Below are positions 27,985-37,072 of a stretch of 64,000 bases of DNA, piece by piece. Below the pieces are notes generated by a model, which had not been told where the DNA came from, searched no databases, and saw nothing but the letters and a program-made list of their open reading frames with translations. The stretch covers positions 1,733-65,732 of the forward strand of contig JAMPXK010000007.1 of the NCBI GenBank assembly GCA_023701245.1. The letters run 5' to 3'. Origin of the DNA: Elusimicrobiales bacterium. GTDB lineage: Bacteria > Elusimicrobiota > Elusimicrobia > Elusimicrobiales > UBA9959. Positions within the stretch are counted from its first letter, which is position 1. Each line of letters opens with the position of its first letter. A program made the position numbers and the translations under genes.

Positions 27985-28434
27985 ATGAAAGACAAGGCGA
28001 GGCAGGGGTTCACCCTGATAGAGCTGATGATAGTGGTGGCGATCATAGGTATCCTGGCGGCCATAGCGATACCCAAGTTCGCCGACCTCATCAACAAGTC
28101 AAAAGAGGGCGCTACCAAAGGCGCGCTCTCTTCGGTCAGGAGCGCGCTGCAGGTGTACTACGGCGACAACGAGGGCTGGTTCCCGACGGACACCCTGGCG
28201 ATACTGACGGCCAACGCCAAGTACATCAATGAGATACCGGCGGCGAAGCTGCCGACCACCGGGCACGCGGACAGCCGCGACGTGGTGACGGCGGTGGACG
28301 AGACCGGCGGCTGGGCTTACTACAACGACCCGGCCAGCAGCGCCCTGTGGGGCACGTTCGTGGCGAACTGCACCCATGAAGACATCAAAGGCCAGGGGAT
28401 AACAGGGACCCAGGCCACGTGGTCCACCTTCTAA
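27985..28434 (+). CDS. Type IV pilin / T2SS pseudopilin-like protein
   Basis: G|FTLIELMIVVAIIGILAAIAIP N-methylation motif; SD AAGGAGG. Confidence 0.92.
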   Translation: MKDKARQGFTLIELMIVVAIIGILAAIAIPKFADLINKSKEGATKGALSSVRSALQVYYGDNEGWFPTDTLAILTANAKYINEIPAAKLPTTGHADSRDVVTAVDETGGWAYYNDPASSALWGTFVANCTHEDIKGQGITGTQATWSTF

Positions 28435-28448
28435 CAGGAGGAAAGGAG

Positions 28449-28486
28449 AAAAAAAGACCCCGCGCCGTAAGCGCGGGGTCTTTTTT
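28449..28486. terminator. Bidirectional intrinsic terminator
   Basis: A-run, GACCCCGCGC-CGTAA-GCGCGGGGTC, T-run. Confidence 0.8.
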
Positions 28487-28501
28487 GCGGGAGCGCCCGG
28501 G

Positions 28502-30433
28502 TCAGAACCTGTAAGTCAAGTCGGCTCCGTACCGCGCCCCTATCTTTTCTCCTCCGGCGTCGGGGTGTATCTCGTAATGGCGGTTGTCCAGGAGATTGAA
28601 CGCGGTCAGCCCGGCCTCCAGTCCCTCCAGCCTCCCCGGGAATTTGTAGCCGGCCCGGGCGTTGAGCAGCAGGTAGCTGCCCACGCTGTCTCCGCCGTCC
28701 GAGTTCCACCAGGTCTTCCCGGCCCAATAGGCCCAAAGCATGCCGGCCATGGCGCCGTCGTCGTAGCGCAGGCCGCCGGCGCTCTTGTAGCGCGGGGAAT
28801 TGCGCATTTTAGTGGCCTCGCCCTTGCTGGCGTTGAAATAGGAATAAGAGGCGAAGCCGCTGGCGCCGCCGCGGATATGCAGATCTACCCTGGCCTCCGC
28901 CCCGAAGGCCCTGGCCTTATCCCTGTTGGCCCAGGACTGGTCCACGCTGATATCCGGAGCGGCAGGAGTAACGGCCTCGTCCGCATAGCCGATCATGTTT
29001 TTCATCCTGTAAGCGTAAATGGTGACGCTGGTCTTGACCCTGCCGTATTCGCCCCTGTGCGCCGCCTCCACCGATTCTATCTTCTCCGGGTCTATGTCCC
29101 GGTTGCCGCGCAGGTTGTAGATCAGGTTCCCGGTGTACCCGCCGCCGGTGGTGAGGCCGGGAATGCTGTTGTCATAGGCGCTGACGCGCGTGTAATCCAT
29201 GTAATTTTCCAGGAGCGTGGGATTGCGGAACGCTTCCCCCGCGGAAACACGGAACACGTTGCCTTGGTCGGGCAGGAAAGAAACGCTGGCCTTGGGGGAG
29301 AAGACGCTGCCTGCCAGCGGGTGACGGTCCAACCGGCCGCTCAGCGCCAGGCTCCAGCGCTCGCCCGGCTCCCAGGTATCTTCCAGGAACAGGGAGTACA
29401 TGTTCTGCGAGTGCAGGCCCGCGGGGAACAGATCGCCGCGCAGCGTGTTGCGCCTGTACTCCGCGCCGGCGGTGGCGCGGTTGCCTTCGCCCAAGGGCAG
29501 CGAATACTCAGCCTGCAGGTCATAAGTGTCGGAATTCAGCGAGGCCTCTTCGCCGGGCGAGAACTCCCGCAGCCGGGAGTTGTTCTGGTTCCAGAAAAAC
29601 CGGGTCTTGAGCCCTTCCAGGGCGTAATCAGCGCGCAGGTAGGCCGCGCGCGAGACCGGCAGGCTCTCTTCGGGCGTCAGCAAGGTCATCTCGTTGCTGA
29701 GCCTGGAAACGCCGCCGGACACGCTTACCCTGCTCTCAGGCCGGGCCGAATACTCCGCCAGGAAATTAGCCTTGGAAACCCGCGACCCTAGGCGGCCGGC
29801 GTCCTCGAACCTGTTCATGGTGCGGTGCTCGCCGCCGACCTTGTAACCGAGGGCGCCGAGTTTTTTGCCATAAAGGAAAGCGCCGGAAGCCGAAGCCCGG
29901 TTCCCGGCGGAGGCGGTCAGCGCGGCCCCGTTTATCTTCTCCGGGGACTTGGTGATGATGTTAACGACGCCCTGCAGGGCGCTGGCGCCGTAAAGGGCGG
30001 AAAAAGGCCCCTCCACTATCTCTATGCGGTCTATTTCCAGCAGGCTGACCGGGATGCTCTCCCAAAGGACCATCCCGTAAAAGTCCTGCAGGACGGTCTT
30101 GCCGTCCAGCAGCACCAGCACCCGGTTGCTGAGGCTCTGGTTGAAGCCCCGGATGGCCACGTCACCCTGGCCGGTGCGGGTCTCTATCACGTCCACCCCT
30201 GGCGCCAGCCGCAGGACGTCCCACAGCGTGCGGGCCCCGGAGAGGCGGATATCGTCGGCGGTTATCACGGACACCGAAGCCGGCGCTTTGGCCTGGGAGG
30301 TGGGAAAGAAGGTGGCCGTCAGGAACTTGGCCTCCTCGCGGAAGAACTCCAGGTCGTCATCATAGGTTCCGGCCGCGACCGGTCCGGCGCAAAGCAGGCA
30401 GCCCAGGAAAGCAAGCAAGAACGTGTTTGTCAT
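28502..30433 (-). CDS. TonB-dependent outer-membrane receptor
   Basis: Signal peptide; plug APASVSVIT...IRGF...IDRIEIVEGPFSALYG; FRNPT, NLLD, terminal YRF. Confidence 0.92.
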   Translation of the reverse strand: MTNTFLLAFLGCLLCAGPVAAGTYDDDLEFFREEAKFLTATFFPTSQAKAPASVSVITADDIRLSGARTLWDVLRLAPGVDVIETRTGQGDVAIRGFNQSLSNRVLVLLDGKTVLQDFYGMVLWESIPVSLLEIDRIEIVEGPFSALYGASALQGVVNIITKSPEKINGAALTASAGNRASASGAFLYGKKLGALGYKVGGEHRTMNRFEDAGRLGSRVSKANFLAEYSARPESRVSVSGGVSRLSNEMTLLTPEESLPVSRAAYLRADYALEGLKTRFFWNQNNSRLREFSPGEEASLNSDTYDLQAEYSLPLGEGNRATAGAEYRRNTLRGDLFPAGLHSQNMYSLFLEDTWEPGERWSLALSGRLDRHPLAGSVFSPKASVSFLPDQGNVFRVSAGEAFRNPTLLENYMDYTRVSAYDNSIPGLTTGGGYTGNLIYNLRGNRDIDPEKIESVEAAHRGEYGRVKTSVTIYAYRMKNMIGYADEAVTPAAPDISVDQSWANRDKARAFGAEARVDLHIRGGASGFASYSYFNASKGEATKMRNSPRYKSAGGLRYDDGAMAGMLWAYWAGKTWWNSDGGDSVGSYLLLNARAGYKFPGRLEGLEAGLTAFNLLDNRHYEIHPDAGGEKIGARYGADLTYRF

Positions 30434-30477
30434 AATGTTCGGTCTTACTTGATTATATTATAAACGGGAGGCGCCGC

Positions 30478-32553
30478 TTAAGAAAGGTCTATCAGGTTCC
30501 AGCGGGCGGCGTAAAGGTCGCGCAGCTTAAGGCGCAGGCGGGCGTTTTCGGGCTTTACCAGGTCCGGGTCTTCGGCCAGCAGCCGCTCGCGGTCCGCTAT
30601 CGCCAGCTCCAGGATATCCTTGTCCCGGGACATGTCCGCCAGCTTGAAATCCATGTCGCCGTGCTGGCGCACCCCCAGGATCTCGCCGGCGCCGCGGATG
30701 TAGATGTCCTTTTCGCTCAGCTCGAAACCGTTGGCCGTCTGCACCATGGCCCGCAGCCGTTCGGAGGCGTCGCCGGAGCGCGCGTGCGGCACCAGCAGGC
30801 AGCGCGAATCCCACCGGCCGCGCCCCACCCGGCCGCGCAGCTGGTGCAGGCTCGCCAGGCCGTAGCGCTCGGCGTTGTTTATCACCATCAGCGTGGCGTT
30901 GGGCACGTCTATGCCCACCTCTATCACCTGCGTCGCCACCAGGACGTCGGTGCGCCCGGCCGCGAAATCTTCCATCACCTTTTTCTTCAGTTCCCCCGGC
31001 ATGCGGCCATGCAGCATATCCACCCGGCGCCCGCGGAAAAAAGCCCGCAGCCGCTCGAATTCCGACTTCACCGACTTCAGGTCGGCTTCGGCGGTCTCCT
31101 CGATGACCGGGTAGACCACGTAAACCTGCCTCCCCTTGGCGACCTCGTCCGCGGCGGCCTGGAGCGCCACGTCCTCGGTGGCCTCCGCGGTCTTTACCGG
31201 GCGCCGGCCGGGCGGCATTTCCTTTATGACGGAAAGGTCCAGGTCCCCGTACAGGGCCAGGAACAGCGTGCGGGGAATGGGCGTGGCCGTCATTATCAGC
31301 ATGTCCGCGCGGTCGCCCTTGGCCCGCAGGGCGGCGCGCTGGCGCACCCCGAAGCGGTGCTGCTCGTCTATGACCACCAGGCGCAGGTTGCCGAACTTCA
31401 CGCCCTCGCCCATTACGGCGTGGGTGCCCAGGAGGATGTCTATCTTCCCCGCGGCCAGGTCGGCCAGTATTTTTTTCTTTTCGGCGGCCTTCACGCGGCC
31501 CGTCAGCAGCGCCACGCGCACCCCGAGTCCTCTGAGGAAGCGCTCGAAAGTGAGGAAATGCTGCTCGGCCAGGATCTCGGTAGGCGCGGCGAACGCGCTC
31601 TGCCCGCCGTTCTCGGCCGCCAGCAGCATGGCGCTGAGCGCCACCACCGTCTTGCCGGACCCCACGTCGCCTTCCAGCAGGCGCGCCATGGGGGTGGGGC
31701 CCTGCATATCGGCGAAGATCTCGTTTATGGCGTGCGCCTGGGCGCCGGTAAGGGCGAAGCCCAGGTTGTCGCGGAAAGGCGTAAGCAGGGTCTTCTTCAC
31801 CTCGTAGGAAAAACCCTTGGTCACGCCGCGGGTCTGGCGCTTTTTAATGGCCCAGGCCAGCGTCAGCAGCAGCAGTTCCTCGTAGATGAAGCGGCGGCGG
31901 GCCTGCTCCAGTTCGAAGTTGTTCTCCGGGAAATGGATGCCCCGGGCGGCCAGGTCCCGGGCGGCCAGGCCCCGCCGCAGCACCAGCTCCGGCGGCAGGA
32001 AATCGGCCACGGCCTCGTGGCCGGCCAGGACCGCCTCGTAGGCGGCCTCGCGCATGAACCGCGCGGTCAGGCCCTCGGTCAGCGGGTACACCGGCACTAT
32101 CCGTCCCACGTGCATTTTCAGCGCGCGGGCGTCGTCGTCGCCGTAATATTCGTCCGCGCGCAGGCGGCTCAGGAACAGCGGGTCTTCGGGGGTGCCGGTG
32201 ACCCAGACCGTGCGCCCTTCCCGCAGGTCCTTGCGCAGCGTCGCAAAAACGTCGAAGCGCGGGCTGTGCCGCTTGAAGAAGCTGGCCTCCGCCTCACCGT
32301 AGGGGGTCTCCAGCACGACCTTGAAGATGCGCAGGCCGCTGCCGGTGTAAAGGTCGCGGACCGATCTTATCTTCCCCCTGACGACGGGAGAGTCCTCCAG
32401 GAACGGCAGGGGCTCCTTGCGGCCGGGCAGGCGGCGGTCCTCCCATTTGCGGGGGAAATAGAACAGCAGGTCGTCCAGCGTTCCGATGCCGAGGCGCGAA
32501 AAAAGCTCCGCTTTTTTGGGGCCGACGCCCTTCAGGAATTGTATGGAAGGCAT
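30478..32553 (-). CDS. recG: ATP-dependent DNA helicase RecG
   Basis: LKGVGPK, GDVGSGKT, APTEILAEQH, IDEQHRFG, TATPIPRT, QLRGRVGRG. Confidence 0.97.
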   Translation of the reverse strand: MPSIQFLKGVGPKKAELFSRLGIGTLDDLLFYFPRKWEDRRLPGRKEPLPFLEDSPVVRGKIRSVRDLYTGSGLRIFKVVLETPYGEAEASFFKRHSPRFDVFATLRKDLREGRTVWVTGTPEDPLFLSRLRADEYYGDDDARALKMHVGRIVPVYPLTEGLTARFMREAAYEAVLAGHEAVADFLPPELVLRRGLAARDLAARGIHFPENNFELEQARRRFIYEELLLLTLAWAIKKRQTRGVTKGFSYEVKKTLLTPFRDNLGFALTGAQAHAINEIFADMQGPTPMARLLEGDVGSGKTVVALSAMLLAAENGGQSAFAAPTEILAEQHFLTFERFLRGLGVRVALLTGRVKAAEKKKILADLAAGKIDILLGTHAVMGEGVKFGNLRLVVIDEQHRFGVRQRAALRAKGDRADMLIMTATPIPRTLFLALYGDLDLSVIKEMPPGRRPVKTAEATEDVALQAAADEVAKGRQVYVVYPVIEETAEADLKSVKSEFERLRAFFRGRRVDMLHGRMPGELKKKVMEDFAAGRTDVLVATQVIEVGIDVPNATLMVINNAERYGLASLHQLRGRVGRGRWDSRCLLVPHARSGDASERLRAMVQTANGFELSEKDIYIRGAGEILGVRQHGDMDFKLADMSRDKDILELAIADRERLLAEDPDLVKPENARLRLKLRDLYAARWNLIDLS

Positions 32554-32616
32554 GTTTTTTACCGCAAACCTATTATATTATTTCCCGCGCCCGTCGTAAA
32601 AAGCAGCCAGGCAGGT

Positions 32617-32681
32617 TTGAGCGCCTTTTGAGGCGGATTTGAGCGATTCTTGAACGCTCTTTGTTATACTTTCTATGTAGC
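32617..32681 (+). promoter_or_regulatory. Promoter with 11-bp-periodic TTGA direct repeats and TATACT -10 box
   Basis: TTGA at 32617, 32628, 32639, 32650 (TTGT at 32661); TATACT at 32665; same phasing at 36996-37060. Confidence 0.65.
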
Positions 32682-32885
32682 AAAACGTTCTTTAAAAAAC
32701 AGATCCCCAGCGTTGTAGGTGCGCCCCCCTAACCCAAACCCCCAAGACTCGGGGCTTCGGCCCCGTGCTCTATGCATCTGCAGCGCTGGCTTTTTAAAAG
32801 CCCCGCCGGGCTACAACAGTTAAGACTCCACTCGTAAGGCATACTGTACCTCTCCCCAGAACGTCCCGGCGGGGCGCTTTTTTTT
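32677..32885 (+). ncRNA. Candidate structured small RNA with C-rich loops
   Basis: 16-bp stem 32707-32722/32774-32789, GGGGC-TTCG-GCCCC hairpin, 11-bp stem 32800-32810/32865-32875 then T8; AAGACTC in both loops; no credible ORF. Confidence 0.55.
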
Positions 32886-32900
32886 ATTATAATCAGGATT

Positions 32901-33587
32901 ATGAAGGAAAGAGCGCTCATAGTCGACGACGACCCCGAACTGCTGGGGATCCTCCGCAAATACCTGGAGAACCACGGACTGGAGACCATCAGCGCCGCCA
33001 ACGGCGCCGAGGCTCTGGCCGCCGCCCCCTCCCGCCGCCCCGACATCATCATAACGGACGTGGAAATGCCCCGCATGGACGGGTTCACCCTCTGCCGCCG
33101 CATCAAGGACAACAAGGCCCTGGCGGACATCCCCGTCATCATCATGACCGGCAAGAAGGTGACCGAAGCCGACCACGTGGCCGGCTACGGCTACGGCGCC
33201 GACGACTACGTGGTAAAACCATTTTCCTACGCGGTGCTGCTGGCCAAGATCAAGGCCATGCTGCGGCGGGCCGCGCGCGGCAGGAAGAAAGAGGCGGTCA
33301 AGAAGAAGGGAGACCTGGAAGTCAACCTGGAGGCCAGGACCATAAAGATAAAGGGCCGCCCGGTAAAACTCACCTCCAAGGAATTCGACCTGCTCAATAC
33401 CCTCACTTCCAACCCCGGCCGGGTGCTCAGCCTCAACAGCCTGCTGGAAGCGGTCTGGGGCTACAACACCGCCGACTACAACGACCCCCACACGGTGGAG
33501 GTCCACGTGTCCAACCTGCGCCGCAAGATCGGCGCCTTCGGCAAACGCATCAAGGCCGTACCGGGCCACGGCTACAAGTTCGAATAA
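32901..33587 (+). CDS. OmpR/PhoB-family response regulator
   Basis: IVDDD, DVEMPRMDG, GADDYVVKPF, LTSKEFDLL, HTVEVHVSNLRRK, GHGYKF. Confidence 0.95.
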   Translation: MKERALIVDDDPELLGILRKYLENHGLETISAANGAEALAAAPSRRPDIIITDVEMPRMDGFTLCRRIKDNKALADIPVIIMTGKKVTEADHVAGYGYGADDYVVKPFSYAVLLAKIKAMLRRAARGRKKEAVKKKGDLEVNLEARTIKIKGRPVKLTSKEFDLLNTLTSNPGRVLSLNSLLEAVWGYNTADYNDPHTVEVHVSNLRRKIGAFGKRIKAVPGHGYKFE

Positions 33588-33639
33588 GGGCGCCCCGGCC
33601 TTCTTTTGTATAATTACCCCGACGGGGTTTGGCTTTAAC

Positions 33640-35595
33640 ATGAAAAGATCCGGCGTAAAAAGTCAGGACAAAGCGGCTTTTGGAAATATCCTCCAGGCCA
33701 TGCTGCTCACCGCTTTTTCGCCGGACAATTTCGACCCTTTCCTTAAAAAGATAGCCGCCCTGCTCTCCGGGCCGGAAGGCCTGGGGGCCGGCGCCAAGGT
33801 GGCCGTGCTGCTGAAAGGCGAGAACGGCAGGCCGCTGCGCTGCGCCGCCGCCGGGTTCTCCAAAGGAGCGCTGGCGCAGCTGGCCGGCGGGGCCCGGCTC
33901 CACGCCGCCGGCGGCCGCTTCTTTTCCGCGCCCGTTTGCGCCGGCAACGCCAAGGTAGGCCGCCTGGCGGCCCTGCTGCCCGCCCCCCCTGAAAACCCCC
34001 AGGCGGCGGCAGGCATGCTGGAAATGGCGGCCAAGGTGGTAGGCGCGCGCCTGACAGGGGAAAAGCGCGACGCGGAGCTGAACGCGGAAAAGGATATCGC
34101 GGACTCGGTAAAGCACGTGGAAGAACTCTACCTGGCCTTTCCCGGCATCTCCATAGAGGAGATCTCCCGGGCGGTGCTGGACGAGGCCCGCCGCCTCACC
34201 GGCAGCGCTTTCGGTTTCGCGGCCATGATAGACCCTGGGACCGGCTTCATGAACGTGGCGTCCATGACCACGGAAACCTGGGACGTCTGCCGCATGAAGG
34301 AAAAGCCGGTGATCTTCAAAGAATTCACCGGGCTCTGGGGCTGGGTGCTCAAACACAAGAAACCCCTGCTCTCCAACAAGGCGGGCAAGGACCGCCGCTC
34401 CTCCGGCACCCCGCGCGGCCACATAAAAATAGATAAATTCCTGGCCGTGCCCGCCATGTCGGGCAGGAAGCTCCTGGGCATCCTGGGCCTGGCCAATCCC
34501 GGGGCAGATTACGGCCCGGCGGACCTGGACGCCGCCCAGAAACTGGCCCGGGTCTACGCCATCATCCTCCAGCGCAAGCTGGCGGAAGACCGCCAGCGCG
34601 AAGAGGACAGCCGCTTCAAGGCCATTATCGCCTCCTCCAAGGACATCATCTACACCGCCAATCTGAAAGGCCAGATCACCTATATCAGCCCCCAGGCGCG
34701 CGAATACGGCTACGAACCGGAGGAACTGCTGGGGCGCGGCGTAGTCCAGATGGCGCACCCGGAAGACCAGGATTTCGTGATAAAGGCCTTCGCCAACGCC
34801 GTGAGCACGGGCCGCACGCTGCCCATCCTCCCGTACCGGATCCGCAAGAAGGACAACACCTATTTTTACGCCGAGCAGAAGAGCGGCATAGTGACCCGCA
34901 ACGGGGCCCCGCTCTACATCACCGGGGTCATCCGCGACGTCACGGAGCAGAAAAAGACGGACCTGCTGCTCAAGGAGAACGAAGCCCTGCTGCGCATGGT
35001 CTTCGACACGGCCAAGGACGCCATCTTCATAAAGGACATGAACGGGATGTACGTAAAGGTCAACAAGGCCTGCGCCGACATCTTCGGGCTGACCCCGGAG
35101 CAGATGCTCTACAAGCGCGACAGCGAACTTTTCGAACCGGAGGCGGCGGCCGAGATCTTCAAGGACGATTCGGACGTGGTCCTGAGCGGTAAAACGCTGC
35201 TGCTCAACAAGGTGCGCCGGCTGCCGGCCGGCACCCTGCACCTGAGCGTGGTGAAGACGCCCCTGCGCGATATCCGCGGCCGGATCATAGGCGTGCTGGG
35301 CATCTCGCGCGACATCAGCGAACTCAAGAAGATGGAGCGCGAACTCGCCATCTCCACCGCGGCCGCGGCCGTCAGCAAGGTGGCCCGCCCCATGGCCCAC
35401 GATTTCAACAACGCGCTGGCGGCCATAAACGGCTACGCCACGCTGATAGAGGACGGCCTTACGGAGACCAGCCCCATCAAGACCGAGATCGCGCAGATCA
35501 TCAAGGCCGTAAAGCGCGCCGCGGAACTCACTTCCAAGTTCCAGGATTTCGCGCGCAATCCCAAACTGGAAGAACACGGGGGCGGTAATGTCTAA
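33640..35595 (+). CDS. GAF-PAS-PAS sensor ending in HisKA, with no ATPase domain
   Basis: GAF (GTPRGH...FLAVP), two PAS, C-terminal PMAHDFNNALAAING...RAAELT..FQDFAR then stop. Confidence 0.85.
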   Translation: MKRSGVKSQDKAAFGNILQAMLLTAFSPDNFDPFLKKIAALLSGPEGLGAGAKVAVLLKGENGRPLRCAAAGFSKGALAQLAGGARLHAAGGRFFSAPVCAGNAKVGRLAALLPAPPENPQAAAGMLEMAAKVVGARLTGEKRDAELNAEKDIADSVKHVEELYLAFPGISIEEISRAVLDEARRLTGSAFGFAAMIDPGTGFMNVASMTTETWDVCRMKEKPVIFKEFTGLWGWVLKHKKPLLSNKAGKDRRSSGTPRGHIKIDKFLAVPAMSGRKLLGILGLANPGADYGPADLDAAQKLARVYAIILQRKLAEDRQREEDSRFKAIIASSKDIIYTANLKGQITYISPQAREYGYEPEELLGRGVVQMAHPEDQDFVIKAFANAVSTGRTLPILPYRIRKKDNTYFYAEQKSGIVTRNGAPLYITGVIRDVTEQKKTDLLLKENEALLRMVFDTAKDAIFIKDMNGMYVKVNKACADIFGLTPEQMLYKRDSELFEPEAAAEIFKDDSDVVLSGKTLLLNKVRRLPAGTLHLSVVKTPLRDIRGRIIGVLGISRDISELKKMERELAISTAAAAVSKVARPMAHDFNNALAAINGYATLIEDGLTETSPIKTEIAQIIKAVKRAAELTSKFQDFARNPKLEEHGGGNV

Positions 35596-36274
35596 AAAGA
35601 TCCTGCTGGTGGACGACGACAGGAAGATGCTGGAAGTGATGCGGCGCTACCTGGAGAACCACGACTACACGGTGATCTTCACCGACAACGGGTCCGAGGC
35701 CCTCATCATCGCCAGGGATTCCCGGCCCGACGCCGTGATCACCGACGTGGCGCTGCCGGGGCTGGACGGCTTCTCGCTGTGCAAGGCGCTCAAAGGCTCG
35801 CCGGAAACCGCCGCCATCCCGGTCATAATCATCTCCGGGGACCGCACCGAGGACGAGGACGTGGTGGAAGGCTACGGCCGGGGCGCGGACGACTACCTGA
35901 CCAAGCCTTTCGCTTTTCCCGTGCTGGCCGCCAAGCTCAACGCCGTGATGCGCCGCTACGAGGCGGCCGGCGCCGGCGGCCGGATAAAGGAGCAGGGCGT
36001 GGAGCTGGACCCGGGCGCGCGCGCCGTGAAGGTGGCCGGCAAGCCGGTACAGCTGACCCGCAAGGAATTCGACCTGCTCACCCTGCTGCTGGAGAAAAAG
36101 GGCCGCGTACTGGGCGTGCCCTACATCCTGGAAACGGTCTGGGGCTACGACCTGGCCAATTACGACAACCCGCACACGGTGGAAACGCACGTTTCCTCCC
36201 TGCGCAAGAAACTCGGGACAAAACTGGCCGGGCGCATCGCCAGCGTCACCGGGCACGGCTACAAGTTCGAATAG
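35588..36274 (+). CDS. OmpR/PhoB-family response regulator (paralog of 32901..33587)
   Basis: LVDDD, DVALPGLDG, GADDYLTKPF, LTRKEFDLL, HTVETHVSSLRKK, GHGYKFE. Confidence 0.95.
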   Translation: MSKKILLVDDDRKMLEVMRRYLENHDYTVIFTDNGSEALIIARDSRPDAVITDVALPGLDGFSLCKALKGSPETAAIPVIIISGDRTEDEDVVEGYGRGADDYLTKPFAFPVLAAKLNAVMRRYEAAGAGGRIKEQGVELDPGARAVKVAGKPVQLTRKEFDLLTLLLEKKGRVLGVPYILETVWGYDLANYDNPHTVETHVSSLRKKLGTKLAGRIASVTGHGYKFE

Positions 36275-36285
36275 CGGGGACCCTT

Positions 36286-36999
36286 ATGGCAAAACTCATA
36301 CCGGACAAGGCCAAGATGACCGCCGTAGGGCGGCTGGCCGGCGGCGTGGCCCACGACATGAACAATATCCTGGGGGCCATAGAAGGCTACGCCAGCCTGA
36401 TGGGCACCACCCTCAAGCAGGACGACCCCATGAAACAGGACCTGGAGGAGATCCGCAAGGCCGTGGTCCGGGCCACCGCCCTTACCCGGCAGCTTTTCGC
36501 CTTCGGCCTGCGCTACCCCGCCCAGACCAGGAGCAGCGACGCCGCGGCGGCGGTTGAAACCCTCAAGAAGGACGCGGCCGCGCTGGCGGCCAGGGGGATA
36601 ACCCTGACCGTGGACGCCGCCCCGGGCCTGCCGCCCGTGACCGGCGACCAGGCCCAGCTGGAGCTGGCCCTGGCCCACCTGCTCTCCAATGCCCGGGACG
36701 CCATGCCCTCCGGGGGTTCCGTAACCGTAACGCTGCGCCAGGCGCCGCCGGCCGCGGACGGGGCGCGCTTTGTGGAGATCTCGGTGACCGACACCGGCAC
36801 CGGCATTACCCCGGAGACCATGCAGTATCTTTTCGAGCCCTTTTTCACCACCAAGGAACGGGGCCGGGGCGCCGGCCTGGGCCTGCCCACGGTCTACGGC
36901 ATGGCCAAACAGCGCGGCGGCTGGGTGGAAGCCGAAAGCGAGCCCGGCCGCGGGGCCAGGTTCTCCGTCTTCCTCCCGGAAGCCCCTCATAAGACTTGA
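36286..36999 (+). CDS. Sensor-less histidine kinase core (HisKA plus HATPase)
   Basis: GRLAGGVAHDMNN, NARDAM, DTGTGI, FEPFFTTK, GLGL; ATG at 36286 after GGGGA. Confidence 0.88.
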   Translation: MAKLIPDKAKMTAVGRLAGGVAHDMNNILGAIEGYASLMGTTLKQDDPMKQDLEEIRKAVVRATALTRQLFAFGLRYPAQTRSSDAAAAVETLKKDAAALAARGITLTVDAAPGLPPVTGDQAQLELALAHLLSNARDAMPSGGSVTVTLRQAPPAADGARFVEISVTDTGTGITPETMQYLFEPFFTTKERGRGAGLGLPTVYGMAKQRGGWVEAESEPGRGARFSVFLPEAPHKT

Positions 37000-37060
37000 G
37001 GAATATCTGAGCCCTTCCTGAACTATCCCGTAGCTCCCCCTCCTATACTATTAGTGTAGC
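36996..37060 (+). promoter_or_regulatory. Second promoter with the same 11-bp TGA(G) array
   Basis: TGA at 36997, 37008, 37019; TATACT at 37044; then N5-TGTAGC as at 32665. Confidence 0.6.
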
Positions 37061-37072
37061 CAAGGGGGAGTT

